Of a stretch of DNA of 64,000 nt, positions 9,962 through 21,227 are shown in pieces. Position 1 is the stretch's first letter, and every line of letters starts with the position of its first letter. Both the position numbers and the translations under genes were made by a program. Source of the stretch: Gloeobacterales cyanobacterium (lineage in GTDB: Bacteria > Cyanobacteriota > Cyanobacteriia > Gloeobacterales > PMM-0068); the NCBI GenBank assembly GCA_038245785.1, contig JBBRSB010000001.1, forward strand, positions 128,001-192,000. Reading direction: 5' to 3'. A model generated the notes under the pieces. The model saw only the letters and a program-made list of their open reading frames with translations. It had not been told where the DNA came from and made no database searches.

Positions 9962-12900
9962 ATGAACAGCAACGAACTGCCCGCGAAACAAGGTCTGTAC
10001 GATCCACAGTTCGAGCATGACGCCTGTGGTGTCGGCTTTATCGTGCACATGAAAGGACATAAGTCTCACGATATTGTGACGCAGGCTTTGACCATTCTGG
10101 TGAACCTTGACCACCGGGGAGCTTGTGGTTGCGAGACGAATACGGGGGACGGAGCAGGCATTCTGATGCAGGTACCGCACAAGTTCCTGAAAAGAGTAGC
10201 GCAGGCAGAAAACATTACCCTGCCCGAAGCAGGGCAGTATGGCGTCGGCATGATTTATTCCTCGACCGATCCTGCTGCACGGGCGAAGAGCCGACAGATT
10301 TTTGAAAAGATTGCATCCGAGGAAGGCCTAGATGTTCTGGGCTGGCGCAATGTGCCGACGGATAACTCATTGCTGGGGGATACCGCCAAGTCTAGCGAAC
10401 CCTTTGTGGAGCAGGTATTCATTCAACGACCCGCAGATTTGGCAGACGATTTGGCTTTTGACCGTAAGCTCTACGTCATCCGCAAGCTAGCGCACAATGC
10501 CATCCGCGCAACCAAAATAGACGCCTGTTGGTATCCCTCCAGCCTCTCCTGCCGCACGATTGTCTATAAGGGAATGCTGATGCCCATACAGGTGGGGCAA
10601 TATTATCCTGAGCTCCACGATCCAGATGTGGAGAGTGCCTTGGCCCTGGTTCACTCCCGATTCAGCACCAATACCTTCCCTAGTTGGGAGCGCTCCCATC
10701 CCTATCGCTACATCGCCCACAACGGCGAAATCAATACGATGCGCGGCAACATCAATTGGATGATTGCCCGACAATCGATGTTCCAGTCGGAGCTGTTTGG
10801 AGAGGATATCCAGAAGATCCAGCCTGTGATCAACATCGATGGCAGCGACTCGACTATTTTCGACAATGCGCTTGAACTGATGGTTCTAGCCGGGCGGTCA
10901 CTACCCCATACGGTGATGATGATGATTCCTGAGCCGTGGACGGCTCATGAGTCGATGAGCGATGAGAAAAAAGCTTTTTATGAATACCACTCCTGCCTGA
11001 TGGAGCCGTGGGATGGCCCAGCATCCATCGCTTTCACCGACGGTACAATGATTGGCGCGGTGCTTGACCGTAACGGCCTCCGCCCCTCCCGTTACTACGT
11101 GACCAAAGACGATCTGGTGATCATGGCTTCGGAAGCAGGCGTACTGCCGATCGAACCGGAGCGGGTAGCAGAGAAAGGCCGCTTGGAACCAGGCCGGATG
11201 TTCCTGGTGAATATGGAAGAGGGCCGCATTGTCACAGACGAAGAAATTAAGCACCAAATTGCGACGGAGCATCCCTATCGCCAATGGATCAACCAACATA
11301 TGGTTGAACTGGCAAGCCTGAAAGATGCGCCTGAATTGCCAGCATTAGATACTCTGCCTCTGCTGCAACGCCAGATGGCCTTTGGCTACACCTTTGAAGA
11401 ACTGCGCATGTTATTGACACCGATGGCCCGTGATGGTGTCGAGGCCATTGGAGCAATGGGTTCGGATACGCCCCTGGCCGTGCTTTCTGACCGCCCTAAA
11501 CTACTGTATGAATACTTTCAGCAACTCTTTGCCCAGGTGACGAACCCACCGATTGATTCTATCCGCGAAGAAATTATCACTTCGGCGGAGACGACCATCG
11601 GTTCTGAGCGCAACTTGCTCAAACCCGAGCCCGAAAGCTGCCATTTGATTGAGCTGAAAACACCGATTCTCAGCAACGAAGAGCTGGCCAAGCTTAAGTA
11701 TTTAGCTAAGACCGAGATGCAGGAGACCGAGACGCGAAATTTCGCGTCTTTACTGCTCCCTATCCTTTTTGATCCAAAGTCTGGGAGGCAGGGTCTTGAG
11801 CAGGTGATGGATGAGCTTTTTGCAAAGGCAGATGAGGCCATTGCCGCAGGGGTGAGCATCCTTATCCTTTCCGACCGAGGCGTGGATAAAGATAAGGCTC
11901 CCATTCCGGCACTGCTTGCGGTTGCGGGACTGCATCACCACTTGATCCGTGAAGGCACCCGTACACGGGTGGGTCTTGTGCTCGAATCGGGTGAACCACG
12001 GGAAGTCCATCACTATGCAACCCTAATTGGCTATGGCTGCGGAGCGATCAATCCCTATCTTGCTTTTGAGACGCTGGATGACATGATTGGTCAAGGCTTG
12101 CTGGTGGATGTTGACCATAAGACTGCCTGCAAGAACTACATCAAAGCCGCAACTAAAGGGGTTACCAAAGTTGCTTCAAAGATTGGGATCTCGACGTTGC
12201 AGAGCTATCGTGGGGCTCAGATTTTCGAAGCGATTGGTCTGAATCAGGCGGTTGTTGACAAATACTTCACTTGGACGGCCTCTCGCATTGAGGGTGCGGA
12301 CCTGGAAGTGATTGCGAAAGAAGCAATTTTGCGACACGGTCATGCCTTCCCAGACCGTCCCGGAGATGGTCACACCCTCGATGTTGGCGGTGAATACCAG
12401 TGGCGTAAGGAAGGGGAAGCGCATCTGTTCAGCCCAGAGACGATTCACGCCCTGCAAAAAGCGGTGCGTGGCGGTAGCTATGAGATGTACAGACAGTACG
12501 CCGCCTTGGTCAACGAGCAAGGGCAGAAGTACTACACCTTGCGCGGACTGCTGGAGTTCAAGCAGCGAGCATCGGTACCGATTGAAGAAGTCGAGCCAAT
12601 CGAAGCGATCCTGAAGCGCTTCAAAACCGGGGCGATGAGCTACGGCTCCATCTCCAAGGAAGCCCACGAAACCCTGGCGATTGCGATGAACCGGATTGGC
12701 GGCAAATCGAACACGGGTGAAGGGGGCGAAGATCCTGACCGCTACACCTGGACCAATGAGCAGGGCGACTCGAAAAATAGTGCGATTAAACAGGTTGCCT
12801 CCGGTCGTTTCGGTGTTACCAGTCTCTATCTCTCCCAGGCTAGGGAACTTCAGATCAAGATGGCACAGGGCGCAAAACCGGGTGAGGGAGGACAGCTTCC

Positions 12901-14581
12901 TGGCAAGAAGGTCTATCCCTGGATTGCAAAGGTGCGCCACTCGACGCCAGGCGTGGGACTGATCTCGCCGCCGCCACACCACGATATCTACTCCATCGAA
13001 GACCTGGCCGAATTGATTCATGACTTGAAGAATGCAAACCGAGCGGCACGGATTAGCGTCAAGCTCGTGTCTGAAGTTGGGGTCGGGACGATTGCGGCGG
13101 GCGTTGCGAAGGCACACGCGGACGTCGTCCTGATCTCAGGCTATGACGGAGGGACAGGCGCTTCTCCTCAGACCTCGATTAAGCATGCGGGATTGCCCTG
13201 GGAACTGGGTCTTGCTGAAACCCATCAAACCCTCGTGCTGAATAATCTGCGTTCCCGGATTGTGGTCGAAACCGATGGCCAGATGAAGACAGGCCGGGAT
13301 GTGGTGATTGCTGCGTTGCTGGGAGCCGAAGAGTTCGGTTTTGCCACTGCTCCTCTAGTTTCGCTCGGCTGCATCATGATGCGCGTCTGCCATCTCAACA
13401 CCTGCCCAGCCGGGATTGCCACGCAGGACCCCTATCTCCGTCAGAACTTCACAGGCGACCCTGCCCATGCTGTGCATTTCATGACCTTCATTGCCCAGGA
13501 AGTGCGTGAGCTGATGGCCCAACTTGGTTTTCGCACCCTTAATGAAATGGTGGGCCGCACCGACGTGCTCGATCCGAAGAAAGCAGTGGCCCACTGGAAA
13601 GCGAAGGGTCTCGATTTCTCGAAGATTCTCTATCAGCCACAGGTCGGACCAGAAGTAGGTCGCTATTGTCAGATTCCTCAGGACCACGGCCTCGAAAAAT
13701 CCCTCGACATGACCGTATTGCTTGACCTCTGTAAAGCAGCGATTGAGAAGGGTGAATCGGTGAAGACAGATCCGCCGCTCCCGATCAAAAACGTGAATCG
13801 CGCCGTCGGTACGATTCTTGGCAACGAAATCACCAAGCGTCACTGGGAAGGCTTGCCCGAAGATACGGTTCACCTGCATTTCCAAGGCAGTGCGGGTCAA
13901 AGCTTTGGCGCCTTTGTGCCCAAAGGGGTCACCCTCGAACTGGAAGGCGATGCCAATGACTACCTCGGCAAAGGACTCAGCGGCGGCAAGATCATGCTTT
14001 ATCCACCAGCCGCTTCCACCTTTGTGGCAGAGGATAACGTCATTGTCGGGAACGTAGCCCTCTATGGGGCGACCTCCGGTGAGGTCTATATCCGAGGAAT
14101 TGCTGGGGAACGTTTCTGTGTCCGCAACTCAGGCGTGAACACCGTCGTTGAAGCCGTCGGCGACCATGGCTGCGAATATATGACCGGAGGAAAAGTCGTT
14201 GTCCTCGGGCGCACCGGACGCAACTTTGCAGCGGGTATGAGCGGTGGGGTTGCCTACATCCTCGATGAGCAGGGTGATTTTGCAACGCGCTGCAATACGC
14301 AGATGGTTGGCTTGGAAAAGCTGGAAGATCCAGAAGAGATTCACGATCTTCGTCAGTTGATTCAGAACCATGTGGACTATACCCAAAGCCAAAAGGCGAT
14401 CCAGGTCCTGGCAAACTGGGAAGCGATGCTGCCTAAGTTCGTCAAAGTGATGCCAAGGGACTACAAGCGCGTACTGCAAGCGCTGCAAGAAGCTCTAAAA
14501 AGCGGCTTGAGTGGCGACGATGCCCTTGATGCCGCTTTTGAAGCGAATGCCCGCGACGTTGCGCGTATCGGTGGTAGCTAG
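9962..14581 (+). CDS. gltB: Glutamate synthase large subunit
   Basis: [10 protein letters not shown]-terminal Cys, [36 protein letters not shown], 3Fe-4[20 protein letters not shown]-terminal domain; followed by gltD. Confidence 0.98.
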   Translation: MNSNELPAKQGLYDPQFEHDACGVGFIVHMKGHKSHDIVTQALTILVNLDHRGACGCETNTGDGAGILMQVPHKFLKRVAQAENITLPEAGQYGVGMIYSSTDPAARAKSRQIFEKIASEEGLDVLGWRNVPTDNSLLGDTAKSSEPFVEQVFIQRPADLADDLAFDRKLYVIRKLAHNAIRATKIDACWYPSSLSCRTIVYKGMLMPIQVGQYYPELHDPDVESALALVHSRFSTNTFPSWERSHPYRYIAHNGEINTMRGNINWMIARQSMFQSELFGEDIQKIQPVINIDGSDSTIFDNALELMVLAGRSLPHTVMMMIPEPWTAHESMSDEKKAFYEYHSCLMEPWDGPASIAFTDGTMIGAVLDRNGLRPSRYYVTKDDLVIMASEAGVLPIEPERVAEKGRLEPGRMFLVNMEEGRIVTDEEIKHQIATEHPYRQWINQHMVELASLKDAPELPALDTLPLLQRQMAFGYTFEELRMLLTPMARDGVEAIGAMGSDTPLAVLSDRPKLLYEYFQQLFAQVTNPPIDSIREEIITSAETTIGSERNLLKPEPESCHLIELKTPILSNEELAKLKYLAKTEMQETETRNFASLLLPILFDPKSGRQGLEQVMDELFAKADEAIAAGVSILILSDRGVDKDKAPIPALLAVAGLHHHLIREGTRTRVGLVLESGEPREVHHYATLIGYGCGAINPYLAFETLDDMIGQGLLVDVDHKTACKNYIKAATKGVTKVASKIGISTLQSYRGAQIFEAIGLNQAVVDKYFTWTASRIEGADLEVIAKEAILRHGHAFPDRPGDGHTLDVGGEYQWRKEGEAHLFSPETIHALQKAVRGGSYEMYRQYAALVNEQGQKYYTLRGLLEFKQRASVPIEEVEPIEAILKRFKTGAMSYGSISKEAHETLAIAMNRIGGKSNTGEGGEDPDRYTWTNEQGDSKNSAIKQVASGRFGVTSLYLSQARELQIKMAQGAKPGEGGQLPGKKVYPWIAKVRHSTPGVGLISPPPHHDIYSIEDLAELIHDLKNANRAARISVKLVSEVGVGTIAAGVAKAHADVVLISGYDGGTGASPQTSIKHAGLPWELGLAETHQTLVLNNLRSRIVVETDGQMKTGRDVVIAALLGAEEFGFATAPLVSLGCIMMRVCHLNTCPAGIATQDPYLRQNFTGDPAHAVHFMTFIAQEVRELMAQLGFRTLNEMVGRTDVLDPKKAVAHWKAKGLDFSKILYQPQVGPEVGRYCQIPQDHGLEKSLDMTVLLDLCKAAIEKGESVKTDPPLPIKNVNRAVGTILGNEITKRHWEGLPEDTVHLHFQGSAGQSFGAFVPKGVTLELEGDANDYLGKGLSGGKIMLYPPAASTFVAEDNVIVGNVALYGATSGEVYIRGIAGERFCVRNSGVNTVVEAVGDHGCEYMTGGKVVVLGRTGRNFAAGMSGGVAYILDEQGDFATRCNTQMVGLEKLEDPEEIHDLRQLIQNHVDYTQSQKAIQVLANWEAMLPKFVKVMPRDYKRVLQALQEALKSGLSGDDALDAAFEANARDVARIGGS
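11729..11753. repeat. REP-like palindrome embedded in-frame in gltB
   Basis: Perfect 20-bp palindrome AGACGCGAAATTTCGCGTCT (11730-11749) read as ETRNFASL. Confidence 0.75.
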
Positions 14582-14595
14582 AATTCATAACTGCT

Positions 14596-14622
14596 GTAGG
14601 GAGAACGGCCATTCATCCCTAC
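14596..14622. repeat. GTAG-type REP-like element in gltB-gltD spacer
   Basis: GTAGGGAGAACGGCCATTCATCCCTAC, inverted ends GTAGGGA/TCCCTAC. Confidence 0.65.
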
Positions 14623-14658
14623 GCCCTCTTACCGAATGGCCATTCTTGAGACACGACC

Positions 14659-16137
14659 ATGGGAAAACCAACTGGCTTTATTGAATATCTCCGCGAAGCA
14701 CCTTCTGAAGTAGAACCGCTCGAACGCATCCGCAACTGGGATGAATTCCACCTGCCGATGGAAGAGGAAAAGCTCCGCACCCAAGGAGCTCGCTGTATGG
14801 ATTGTGGCATCCCGTTTTGTCACACGGGTAACGTGATCAGCGGGATGGCCAGCGGCTGCCCCGTCAATAACCTGATCCCTGAATTCAACGACCTTGTCTA
14901 TCGAGGACTCTGGCGTGAAGCCCTGGATCGTCTGCACAAGACGAATAACTTTCCCGAATTCACAGGCCGCATTTGTCCTGCCCCCTGCGAAGGGGCCTGT
15001 GTCCTTGGCATCAATAACCCTCCGGTCACGATTAAGAACATCGAGTACTCGATCATCGACAAAGGCTGGCAAGAAGGTTGGATTACTCCCGAACCTCCGG
15101 CCAAACGTACCGGGAAAAATGTTGCCATCATCGGCTCCGGTCCTGCTGGTTTATGCGCCGCCGCCCAACTCAATAAAGCAGGGCATTGGGTGACCGTATT
15201 TGAACGGGCTGACCGTCCGGGTGGTCTCCTGATGTATGGTATTCCCAACATGAAGCTGGACAAGGAAGAAATCGTCCTTCGCCGTCTAAACGTGCTGGAA
15301 GACGAAGGCGTCAAGTTCGTCTGCAATACAGAAGTGGGCAAAGACCTGCCTGTGGAAAAGCTACTCCTAGACTTCGACTCCGTCGTCCTCTGCACCGGAG
15401 CGACCAAACCCCGCGACTTGCCGATTGAAGGCCGCCAGCTAGAAGGTATCCATTTTGCGATGGATTTCTTAACGGCAAATACAAAGGCAGTTCTAGATCG
15501 TGGCGAAACCTCAATGTCTGCTGCAGGCAAAGATGTCGTCATTATCGGTGGTGGGGATACAGGTACGGACTGTGTTGGCACCTCGATTCGTCACGGCTGC
15601 CGGAGCCTAGTACAGCTTGAGATCATGCCCAAGCCACCATCGGCTCGTGCGGCGGATAATCCTTGGCCCGAATGGCCCAAGGTCTATAAAATGGACTATG
15701 GCCAAGAGGAAGCGGCGGCTAAGTTTGGGGAAGACCCACGCGGTTATGTGACTACCGCCACCAGGTTCGAAGGCGATGAAAATGGACAGGTGAAAGCGGT
15801 TCATACCATCCAGGTGCAGTGGCAGAAAAATGACAAGGGACAATTCATTCCGGCACATGTCCCTGGCACTGAACAAGTCCTGCCTGCCCAACTTGTTCTT
15901 CTGGCAATGGGCTTCCTCGGTCCTGAGCAACCGTTACTCAATGCCCTTGGGGTAGAGCGTGACCCACGCAGCAATGTGAAAGCCGACTATGGTAAGTATG
16001 CCACTAGCATTCCTGGCGTCTTTGCCGCCGGTGATTGCCGCCGTGGGCAGAGCCTCGTCGTCTGGGCTTTCAACGAAGGCCGTGGTGCTGCCCGTGAATG
16101 TGACCTTTACCTAATGGGTAGTACTGATTTACCCTAG
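14659..16137 (+). CDS. gltD: Glutamate synthase small subunit (NAD(P)H-dependent)
   Basis: [60 protein letters not shown]. Confidence 0.97.
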   Translation: MGKPTGFIEYLREAPSEVEPLERIRNWDEFHLPMEEEKLRTQGARCMDCGIPFCHTGNVISGMASGCPVNNLIPEFNDLVYRGLWREALDRLHKTNNFPEFTGRICPAPCEGACVLGINNPPVTIKNIEYSIIDKGWQEGWITPEPPAKRTGKNVAIIGSGPAGLCAAAQLNKAGHWVTVFERADRPGGLLMYGIPNMKLDKEEIVLRRLNVLEDEGVKFVCNTEVGKDLPVEKLLLDFDSVVLCTGATKPRDLPIEGRQLEGIHFAMDFLTANTKAVLDRGETSMSAAGKDVVIIGGGDTGTDCVGTSIRHGCRSLVQLEIMPKPPSARAADNPWPEWPKVYKMDYGQEEAAAKFGEDPRGYVTTATRFEGDENGQVKAVHTIQVQWQKNDKGQFIPAHVPGTEQVLPAQLVLLAMGFLGPEQPLLNALGVERDPRSNVKADYGKYATSIPGVFAAGDCRRGQSLVVWAFNEGRGAARECDLYLMGSTDLP

Positions 16138-16209
16138 GAGGATAGCTTCTACTGTCCAGCCCCTCGTTTTGCTTCTGAAGCCAATACACGAAGAAAAAAG
16201 GAAAGGAAC

Positions 16210-16422
16210 ATGATGCAGTTTTCTCCACAAACCGTCTACGACAACCTCAAGCTGCTTGAGCGTGTGGACGTTGCTACCAGCGCACTCTACCGCCAACTAG
16301 CGCAAGATGCACTGGGAGATCCAGAAGTCAGCCTTGCCTGGAGACAAGCTATTGCCGACCGCCTCAATCAAGCCAACTATCTTCTTGGGAAGCGGACCGT
16401 AGTCGATAACGATAGCTATTAG
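16210..16422 (+). CDS. Small hypothetical protein (70 aa)
   Basis: ATG after purine-rich RBS (GAAAGGAA); helical composition. Confidence 0.6.
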   Translation: MMQFSPQTVYDNLKLLERVDVATSALYRQLAQDALGDPEVSLAWRQAIADRLNQANYLLGKRTVVDNDSY

Positions 16423-16463
16423 ATGGTTGACTCTTATTGGACTACTGACTGCTTTAATGCCCG

Positions 16464-17168
16464 CTAAATGGTGAACTCTTCGACCAAAGAGGCCTCTAGC
16501 TGTTTCAACACCGCTTTCGCTCCAGCTTCAGAGGATGCAGGATTCTGTCCTGTAATTAGATTGCCATCGCTCACTACGTAGGACTGCCAGTCTTCTGACT
16601 TGGAATATTTGCCGCCATTCTTGTTCAGCTCATCTTCCACCAGGAACGGTACGATCTCAGTCAGGCCAACCGCTGCTTCCTCAGTGTTGGTAAAGCCTGT
16701 TACAGATTTATTTTGGACTAGAGGAGTGCCATCGGGCGCTTTCGTATGGCGCAATACGCCAGGAGCATGACAGACGGCGGCGACAGGCTTGCCCGCAGCA
16801 TACATAGCTTCAATCAAGGCAATGGAGTCGGAATCTTCAGCCAGATCCCACAGCGGACCGTGGCCACCGGGATAGAACACGGCATCATAGGCTTCAGCGG
16901 ATAGGCTCGACAGCTTTACCGTATTCGCCAAAGCAGTTTGCGCCGCTTGATCTCCTCTAAAGCGAGCGGTTGCCTCGGTTTGAGCATCCGGCTGGTCACT
17001 TTTAGGATCAAGCGGTGGTTGTCCGCCTTTGGGAGAAGCGAGCGTAATTTCGGCGCCTCCATTTTTGAAGACGTAGTAGGGAGCCGCAAACTCCTCTAAC
17101 CAAAACCCCGTTTTTTTGCCACTATCGCCCAACTTGTCGTGGGAAGTCAACACCATCAAAATTTTCAT
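16464..17168 (-). CDS. DJ-1/PfpI (Hsp31-like) glutamine amidotransferase-domain protein
   Basis: KILMVLTSH, TGFWLEE, YPGGHGPLWDL, AVCHAP, ITGQNPASS. Confidence 0.92.
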   Translation of the reverse strand: MKILMVLTSHDKLGDSGKKTGFWLEEFAAPYYVFKNGGAEITLASPKGGQPPLDPKSDQPDAQTEATARFRGDQAAQTALANTVKLSSLSAEAYDAVFYPGGHGPLWDLAEDSDSIALIEAMYAAGKPVAAVCHAPGVLRHTKAPDGTPLVQNKSVTGFTNTEEAAVGLTEIVPFLVEDELNKNGGKYSKSEDWQSYVVSDGNLITGQNPASSEAGAKAVLKQLEASLVEEFTI

Positions 17169-17222
17169 CGTTATTTCCTTTGTGTTTGTTTAGTCTGTAC
17201 ATTTAACCGATCGCAAAGCCGC

Positions 17223-18287
17223 TTACTTCCAAGCGCGTTCATATTGAACCGGCGTCGGTACCGCCTGACGCAGTTGTTTCGCAGCCTGCAGCGCCCAATA
17301 GGGATCACGCAGCATTTCTCTAGCGAGTAACACCATATCCGCCTGACCTGTACGGATAATCTGGTCAGCCTGCGCGGGTGCAGTAATCATGCCAACAGCT
17401 CCGGTAGCGATGTTTGCTTCGCGTCGGATCCGATCGGCAAAAGAAGTTTGATAGCCTGCGCCCACCGGAATCTTTTCACCCGGCACAATCGCACCCGAAG
17501 AACAATCGATGAGATCAACGCCCAGTGATTTCAATTTATCGCTGAGCGCAATACTTTGTTCAAGGTCCCAACCATTAGGAACCCAATCGGTTGCAGAAAT
17601 GCGAACCCAAAGCGGTGTCTGATCAGGCAGAATATTGCGCACTGCCTGAACGACTTCACCTAAAAACCGAATGCGATGCTCAAAACTGCCACCGTACTCA
17701 TCTGTCCGTTGATTGCTCAAGGGAGACAGAAATTCATGCAGCAGGTAGCCGTGAGCCGCATGAATCTCAATCACGTCAAATCTAGCTTCGAGGGCGCGCC
17801 GAGCTGCGTCCACAAAGGATGTCGTCAGATTTTTAATGTCTTCGATACTGAGCGCGGTCGGGTCGAGGCTGTCTGACTTAAATGGAATGGCGCTGGGCGC
17901 AATCGGGGTCCATCCCCCTTGAGCTTCGGGAAGCACATCTCCGCCCTCCCAAGGTGGAGACGTGCTCGACTTTCGACCCGCATGAGCAAGCTGAATGCCA
18001 GCAACAGCGCCATTGCGATGAATTAACTCCACAATTCGCGCCAACATTTCAATGTGGGCATCTTGCCAGATTCCTAAATCTTGGGGCGTGATGCGACCTT
18101 GCGGCTCGACTGCCGCTGCCTCCGTCATCACAAGACCTGCCCCTCCAACAGCCCGACTGACGAGATGAACAAGATGCCAATCGTTCGCGAATCCATCTTC
18201 GCTGGAATATTGGCACATAGGAGAAACTGCAATCCGATTCCGGAAGGTAACACCCCGTTGGTCCAATGGTTCAAATAAATGCGGCAT
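17223..18287 (-). CDS. NADH:flavin oxidoreductase, Old Yellow Enzyme (YqjM/NamA-like)
   Basis: NRIAVSPMCQYS, QLAHAGRK, EIHAAHGYLLHEFLSP, RISATDW, PVQYERAW; start at MPHLFEPL. Confidence 0.93.
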   Translation of the reverse strand: MPHLFEPLDQRGVTFRNRIAVSPMCQYSSEDGFANDWHLVHLVSRAVGGAGLVMTEAAAVEPQGRITPQDLGIWQDAHIEMLARIVELIHRNGAVAGIQLAHAGRKSSTSPPWEGGDVLPEAQGGWTPIAPSAIPFKSDSLDPTALSIEDIKNLTTSFVDAARRALEARFDVIEIHAAHGYLLHEFLSPLSNQRTDEYGGSFEHRIRFLGEVVQAVRNILPDQTPLWVRISATDWVPNGWDLEQSIALSDKLKSLGVDLIDCSSGAIVPGEKIPVGAGYQTSFADRIRREANIATGAVGMITAPAQADQIIRTGQADMVLLAREMLRDPYWALQAAKQLRQAVPTPVQYERAWK

Positions 18288-18425
18288 ATTTGCAAACCGA
18301 TGAATCAGTGCTACTTCGTTCAAGGCTTTAAGGGCCTATATCGTCCATTCTGTCGCTTTATCTTCAGCGTGGCATCAGCCCATAGACGTGTGAGTGTGTT
18401 GGGCGGCCCCTAAAAACTGGATTGA

Positions 18426-19394
18426 TCACGGGCTTTGTGGGAACAACTCGCTCATGCGGTCGAGGATGTGCTTCTGCATGACCGTGCGGATGGTCGATTG
18501 CTCGACAATCATCAGGAGGTGGCCCCCTCTCTCGAAACGGACCAGCCTTGCACCTGGAATTGTGGAAGCAGCGAACGCAGCATTGTGGTAGAGCTGCAGG
18601 GTGTCGTCTGTGGCATGGAATACCAGGGTCGGGGCTTGGATCGCGGCTATCCTCTCACCTGGCAGTGTAGCCTTGTTATCGAAAGCAACACCGGCAGCTC
18701 GCAGCGAAACCGGGTTCATATAATCAATCAAGTGTTCAACCCATTCCCGCTGCTGGGGGATAAGACCGGCAATGACTGCGTCGTTGGCCCCCATCAACCC
18801 CATGAACTGCTTTTTGAACAGCTTGGTGATGGCCCAGTAAGGCAGGTCATACTTAAAGATAGTCGTCAGCATCTCGCCTTTCTGGTTCGCCTGCGCTTGG
18901 TCTTGTGTGGCTGAAGCCGCGACACCGCAAGAAATGAGTGTAAGCGAGGATACCCGTTCAGGGTGCAATACGGCAAAAAGTAGAGCTGAAGGGCCACCAT
19001 GAGATATAGCGACGACCGCAACTTTTTTGATGCCCAGCTGGTCGAGCAAATACGTGTAGGCATGGGCTTGGTCGTCCCAGGTGGCACCCTCGCGGAAGGT
19101 CGAGCGCAGATATCCAAAGCGCGAAGGCGTAATCCAGTGGAATTGCTCACCCAGCACGGCCTGCGCAAGGAGTTCGCCCTGATCGTAGCCGCCGCCGCTT
19201 CCGTGGATCACCAGGACCGCAGGACCTGATCCACCTTCGGTGTATTCGATATCCCCATAGGGTGAAGTTATGACAGTGCTCTTTCCCCGGACCCGTTCAT
19301 AAGCTCGATTCATATCCCAGAGATAGGCCGCTGAAACCAAAACCACCGCTGCGATCAACCCTATCGCCATCCAGCGTAGAATCCTTCTTAACAT
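18426..19394 (-). CDS. Alpha/beta hydrolase with N-terminal membrane anchor
   Basis: VIHGSGGG oxyanion motif, AISHGG nucleophile elbow, GGH catalytic His; N-terminal hydrophobic helix; start at MLRRI (ORF open to 19409). Confidence 0.85.
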   Translation of the reverse strand: MLRRILRWMAIGLIAAVVLVSAAYLWDMNRAYERVRGKSTVITSPYGDIEYTEGGSGPAVLVIHGSGGGYDQGELLAQAVLGEQFHWITPSRFGYLRSTFREGATWDDQAHAYTYLLDQLGIKKVAVVAISHGGPSALLFAVLHPERVSSLTLISCGVAASATQDQAQANQKGEMLTTIFKYDLPYWAITKLFKKQFMGLMGANDAVIAGLIPQQREWVEHLIDYMNPVSLRAAGVAFDNKATLPGERIAAIQAPTLVFHATDDTLQLYHNAAFAASTIPGARLVRFERGGHLLMIVEQSTIRTVMQKHILDRMSELFPQSP

Positions 19395-19439
19395 CTTTCT
19401 CTCCTTCAATGTTGGGCGGCATCTGCCTTTCTCAGTCGC

Positions 19440-19640
19440 TGTCTGGAACGAGAGAGTCAGCGAAACGTAGAAGTGATGTGGTTGCTCAAGGGCTTAACGC
19501 CAGACCATAAAACGATAGCGGACTTTCGCAAAGAGCATTACAAAGCACTCCAGAAAGTGTTTCGAGAATTCATTGAGCGGTGTGAAGCGCTGGAATGGTT
19601 TGCGGAGAAATCATGGCGATTGACGCCAGCAGATGGTCGA
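19440..19640 (+). mobile_element. IS1182-family (DUF772) transposase remnant
   Basis: Reads LERESQRNVEVMWLLKGLTPDHKTIADFRK...EWF, then frameshifts into GEIMAIDAS; no complete gene. Confidence 0.75.
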
Positions 19641-19674
19641 GCACATGAAGACTCATAAATCCCTCTGACCCGCT

Positions 19675-20451
19675 TTAAGAACAGAATTCCTTATGGACAG
19701 CGGCTGCGATACTTTTAGAAATTTGTGTTGCTAGCAAAGCGCCTTTTTGGAGACTTGCTCCTTTAGCCGAAGATAAAACTCCTGAGGCGGGCACTAGCGA
19801 AGTATCCGCTGGATAGAGATCATAGGGGGGAAACTCGGCAGGACCATCACTCGGGATCAGGTCCAGATGCACTAACTCTGGATAGTAGTGAAGCATAAGA
19901 GAAGTCTCAATCACGGCGGCATGTTCCAGGGCAAAGCCAGGAAAACCTTCGGGGAAGACTTCTTTCAGCGTTTGTTCGCTACAAAAATCCCAATATTCCA
20001 AGCGCATCACCTGCACGGCTGCCGTTTTTCCTAAATCCCGCATCGCCAACTCAATGCCTTCGGTCAGGAACCATTGGTTTTCATAATGACCATCGATAAA
20101 AGCGATATGGCGGACTTGGTGACGGGCTAATTCGCGGATGATATCTCGGGTCATTTGACTCAGGCTATTGCCATCCAAACTGGTAGTGCCGGGAAAGTGC
20201 TGTCCGCCGCCGCAGCGAGGCTGGGATTTATAGCCATAGTTCAACGTGGGGGCGACCAAACCGTTTACTTCTCTGGCCACGCTTTGGGCAACAGCCGTGC
20301 AGAGGAGGGCATCGGTGCCAAGCGGAAGATGGGGACCATGCTGCTCTAGAGAACCACAGGGAATGAAAACCACCAAATTTTCCTGGGAAACCCGTCTTTG
20401 GAATTCAATCCAACTTATAGAACTCATCAGTACGGGGTCTACCTGTGTCAT
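19675..20451 (-). CDS. crnA: Creatininase (creatinine amidohydrolase) family protein
   Basis: GSLEQHGPHLPLGTD, YGYKSQPRCGGG.HFPGTTSLDG, DGHYEN, EHAAVIETS metal ligands. Confidence 0.9.
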   Translation of the reverse strand: MTQVDPVLMSSISWIEFQRRVSQENLVVFIPCGSLEQHGPHLPLGTDALLCTAVAQSVAREVNGLVAPTLNYGYKSQPRCGGGQHFPGTTSLDGNSLSQMTRDIIRELARHQVRHIAFIDGHYENQWFLTEGIELAMRDLGKTAAVQVMRLEYWDFCSEQTLKEVFPEGFPGFALEHAAVIETSLMLHYYPELVHLDLIPSDGPAEFPPYDLYPADTSLVPASGVLSSAKGASLQKGALLATQISKSIAAAVHKEFCS

Positions 20452-20465
20452 CTCCTGCTCTACTC

Positions 20466-21227
20466 CTAAAGAATCGTTTTTGCGCCATCCACTAGAAGCG
20501 TGGCTCCATGCAAGAGTTCTGGAGCATCACTAGCCAGGAAGAGGGCTACCTGGGCAATCTCTTCAGGACGGCCAAGCCGCCCAATCGGCATCGTGGCGAT
20601 CCCAGCGGCCCGCGCAGCACCAGGATCTGCTTCAGTGTCAAACTCCCTTTGAAGCAGTTGGGTATCCACGGGGCCAGGGCAGAGGGCATTGATGCGAATA
20701 TGGTCCTTTGCATATTCGAGGGCCAAGGCACGGGTGAAAGATAACACCGCTCCTTTACTGGCACAGTAGGCGGTGTATAAGGGTTGGGCAACCACTGCCA
20801 ATTCGGAGGCTGTATTGATAATCACACCTCCCCCTTGTTGCTGCATCCCCGGAATAACCTGTTGGCACAGGTAAAAGACAGACAGGAAATTGACTGCCAG
20901 GGTCCTCTCCAAGGTTGCTTCTTGGACATGGACAAAAGGTTCAATGACAGAGATGCCTGCATTGTTATAGAGAATATCGACCCGCCCATAGGTGGCATAG
21001 CAATGTTTGACTACTTCCACTGCCGCATGGTGGGAAGAGAGATCGGCTAAGTGGAACTGAAAGCTCAGTTTTTGTTTATGGAGTCGCTCAGCAAGCTCTT
21101 GGCCTGCTCTCTGGTCACAATCGACGCCAAAAACGGACGCACCCTGAGCGGCAAAGAGTTCAGCCGCTGCTCTGCCAATTCCAGCGCCTACCCCCGTAAT
21201 CAGGGCAACCTTGCCATCTAATCTCAT
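20466..21227 (-). CDS. SDR family oxidoreductase
   Basis: TGVGAGIG, NNAG, YCASK, LCPGPVDT. Confidence 0.93.
   Translation of the reverse strand: MRLDGKVALITGVGAGIGRAAAELFAAQGASVFGVDCDQRAGQELAERLHKQKLSFQFHLADLSSHHAAVEVVKHCYATYGRVDILYNNAGISVIEPFVHVQEATLERTLAVNFLSVFYLCQQVIPGMQQQGGGVIINTASELAVVAQPLYTAYCASKGAVLSFTRALALEYAKDHIRINALCPGPVDTQLLQREFDTEADPGAARAAGIATMPIGRLGRPEEIAQVALFLASDAPELLHGATLLVDGAKTIL

Noticed and set aside
12176..15930. Long antisense and alternate-frame ORFs over gltB/gltD
   Set aside because: Expected shadows of codon-biased genes; no motifs.
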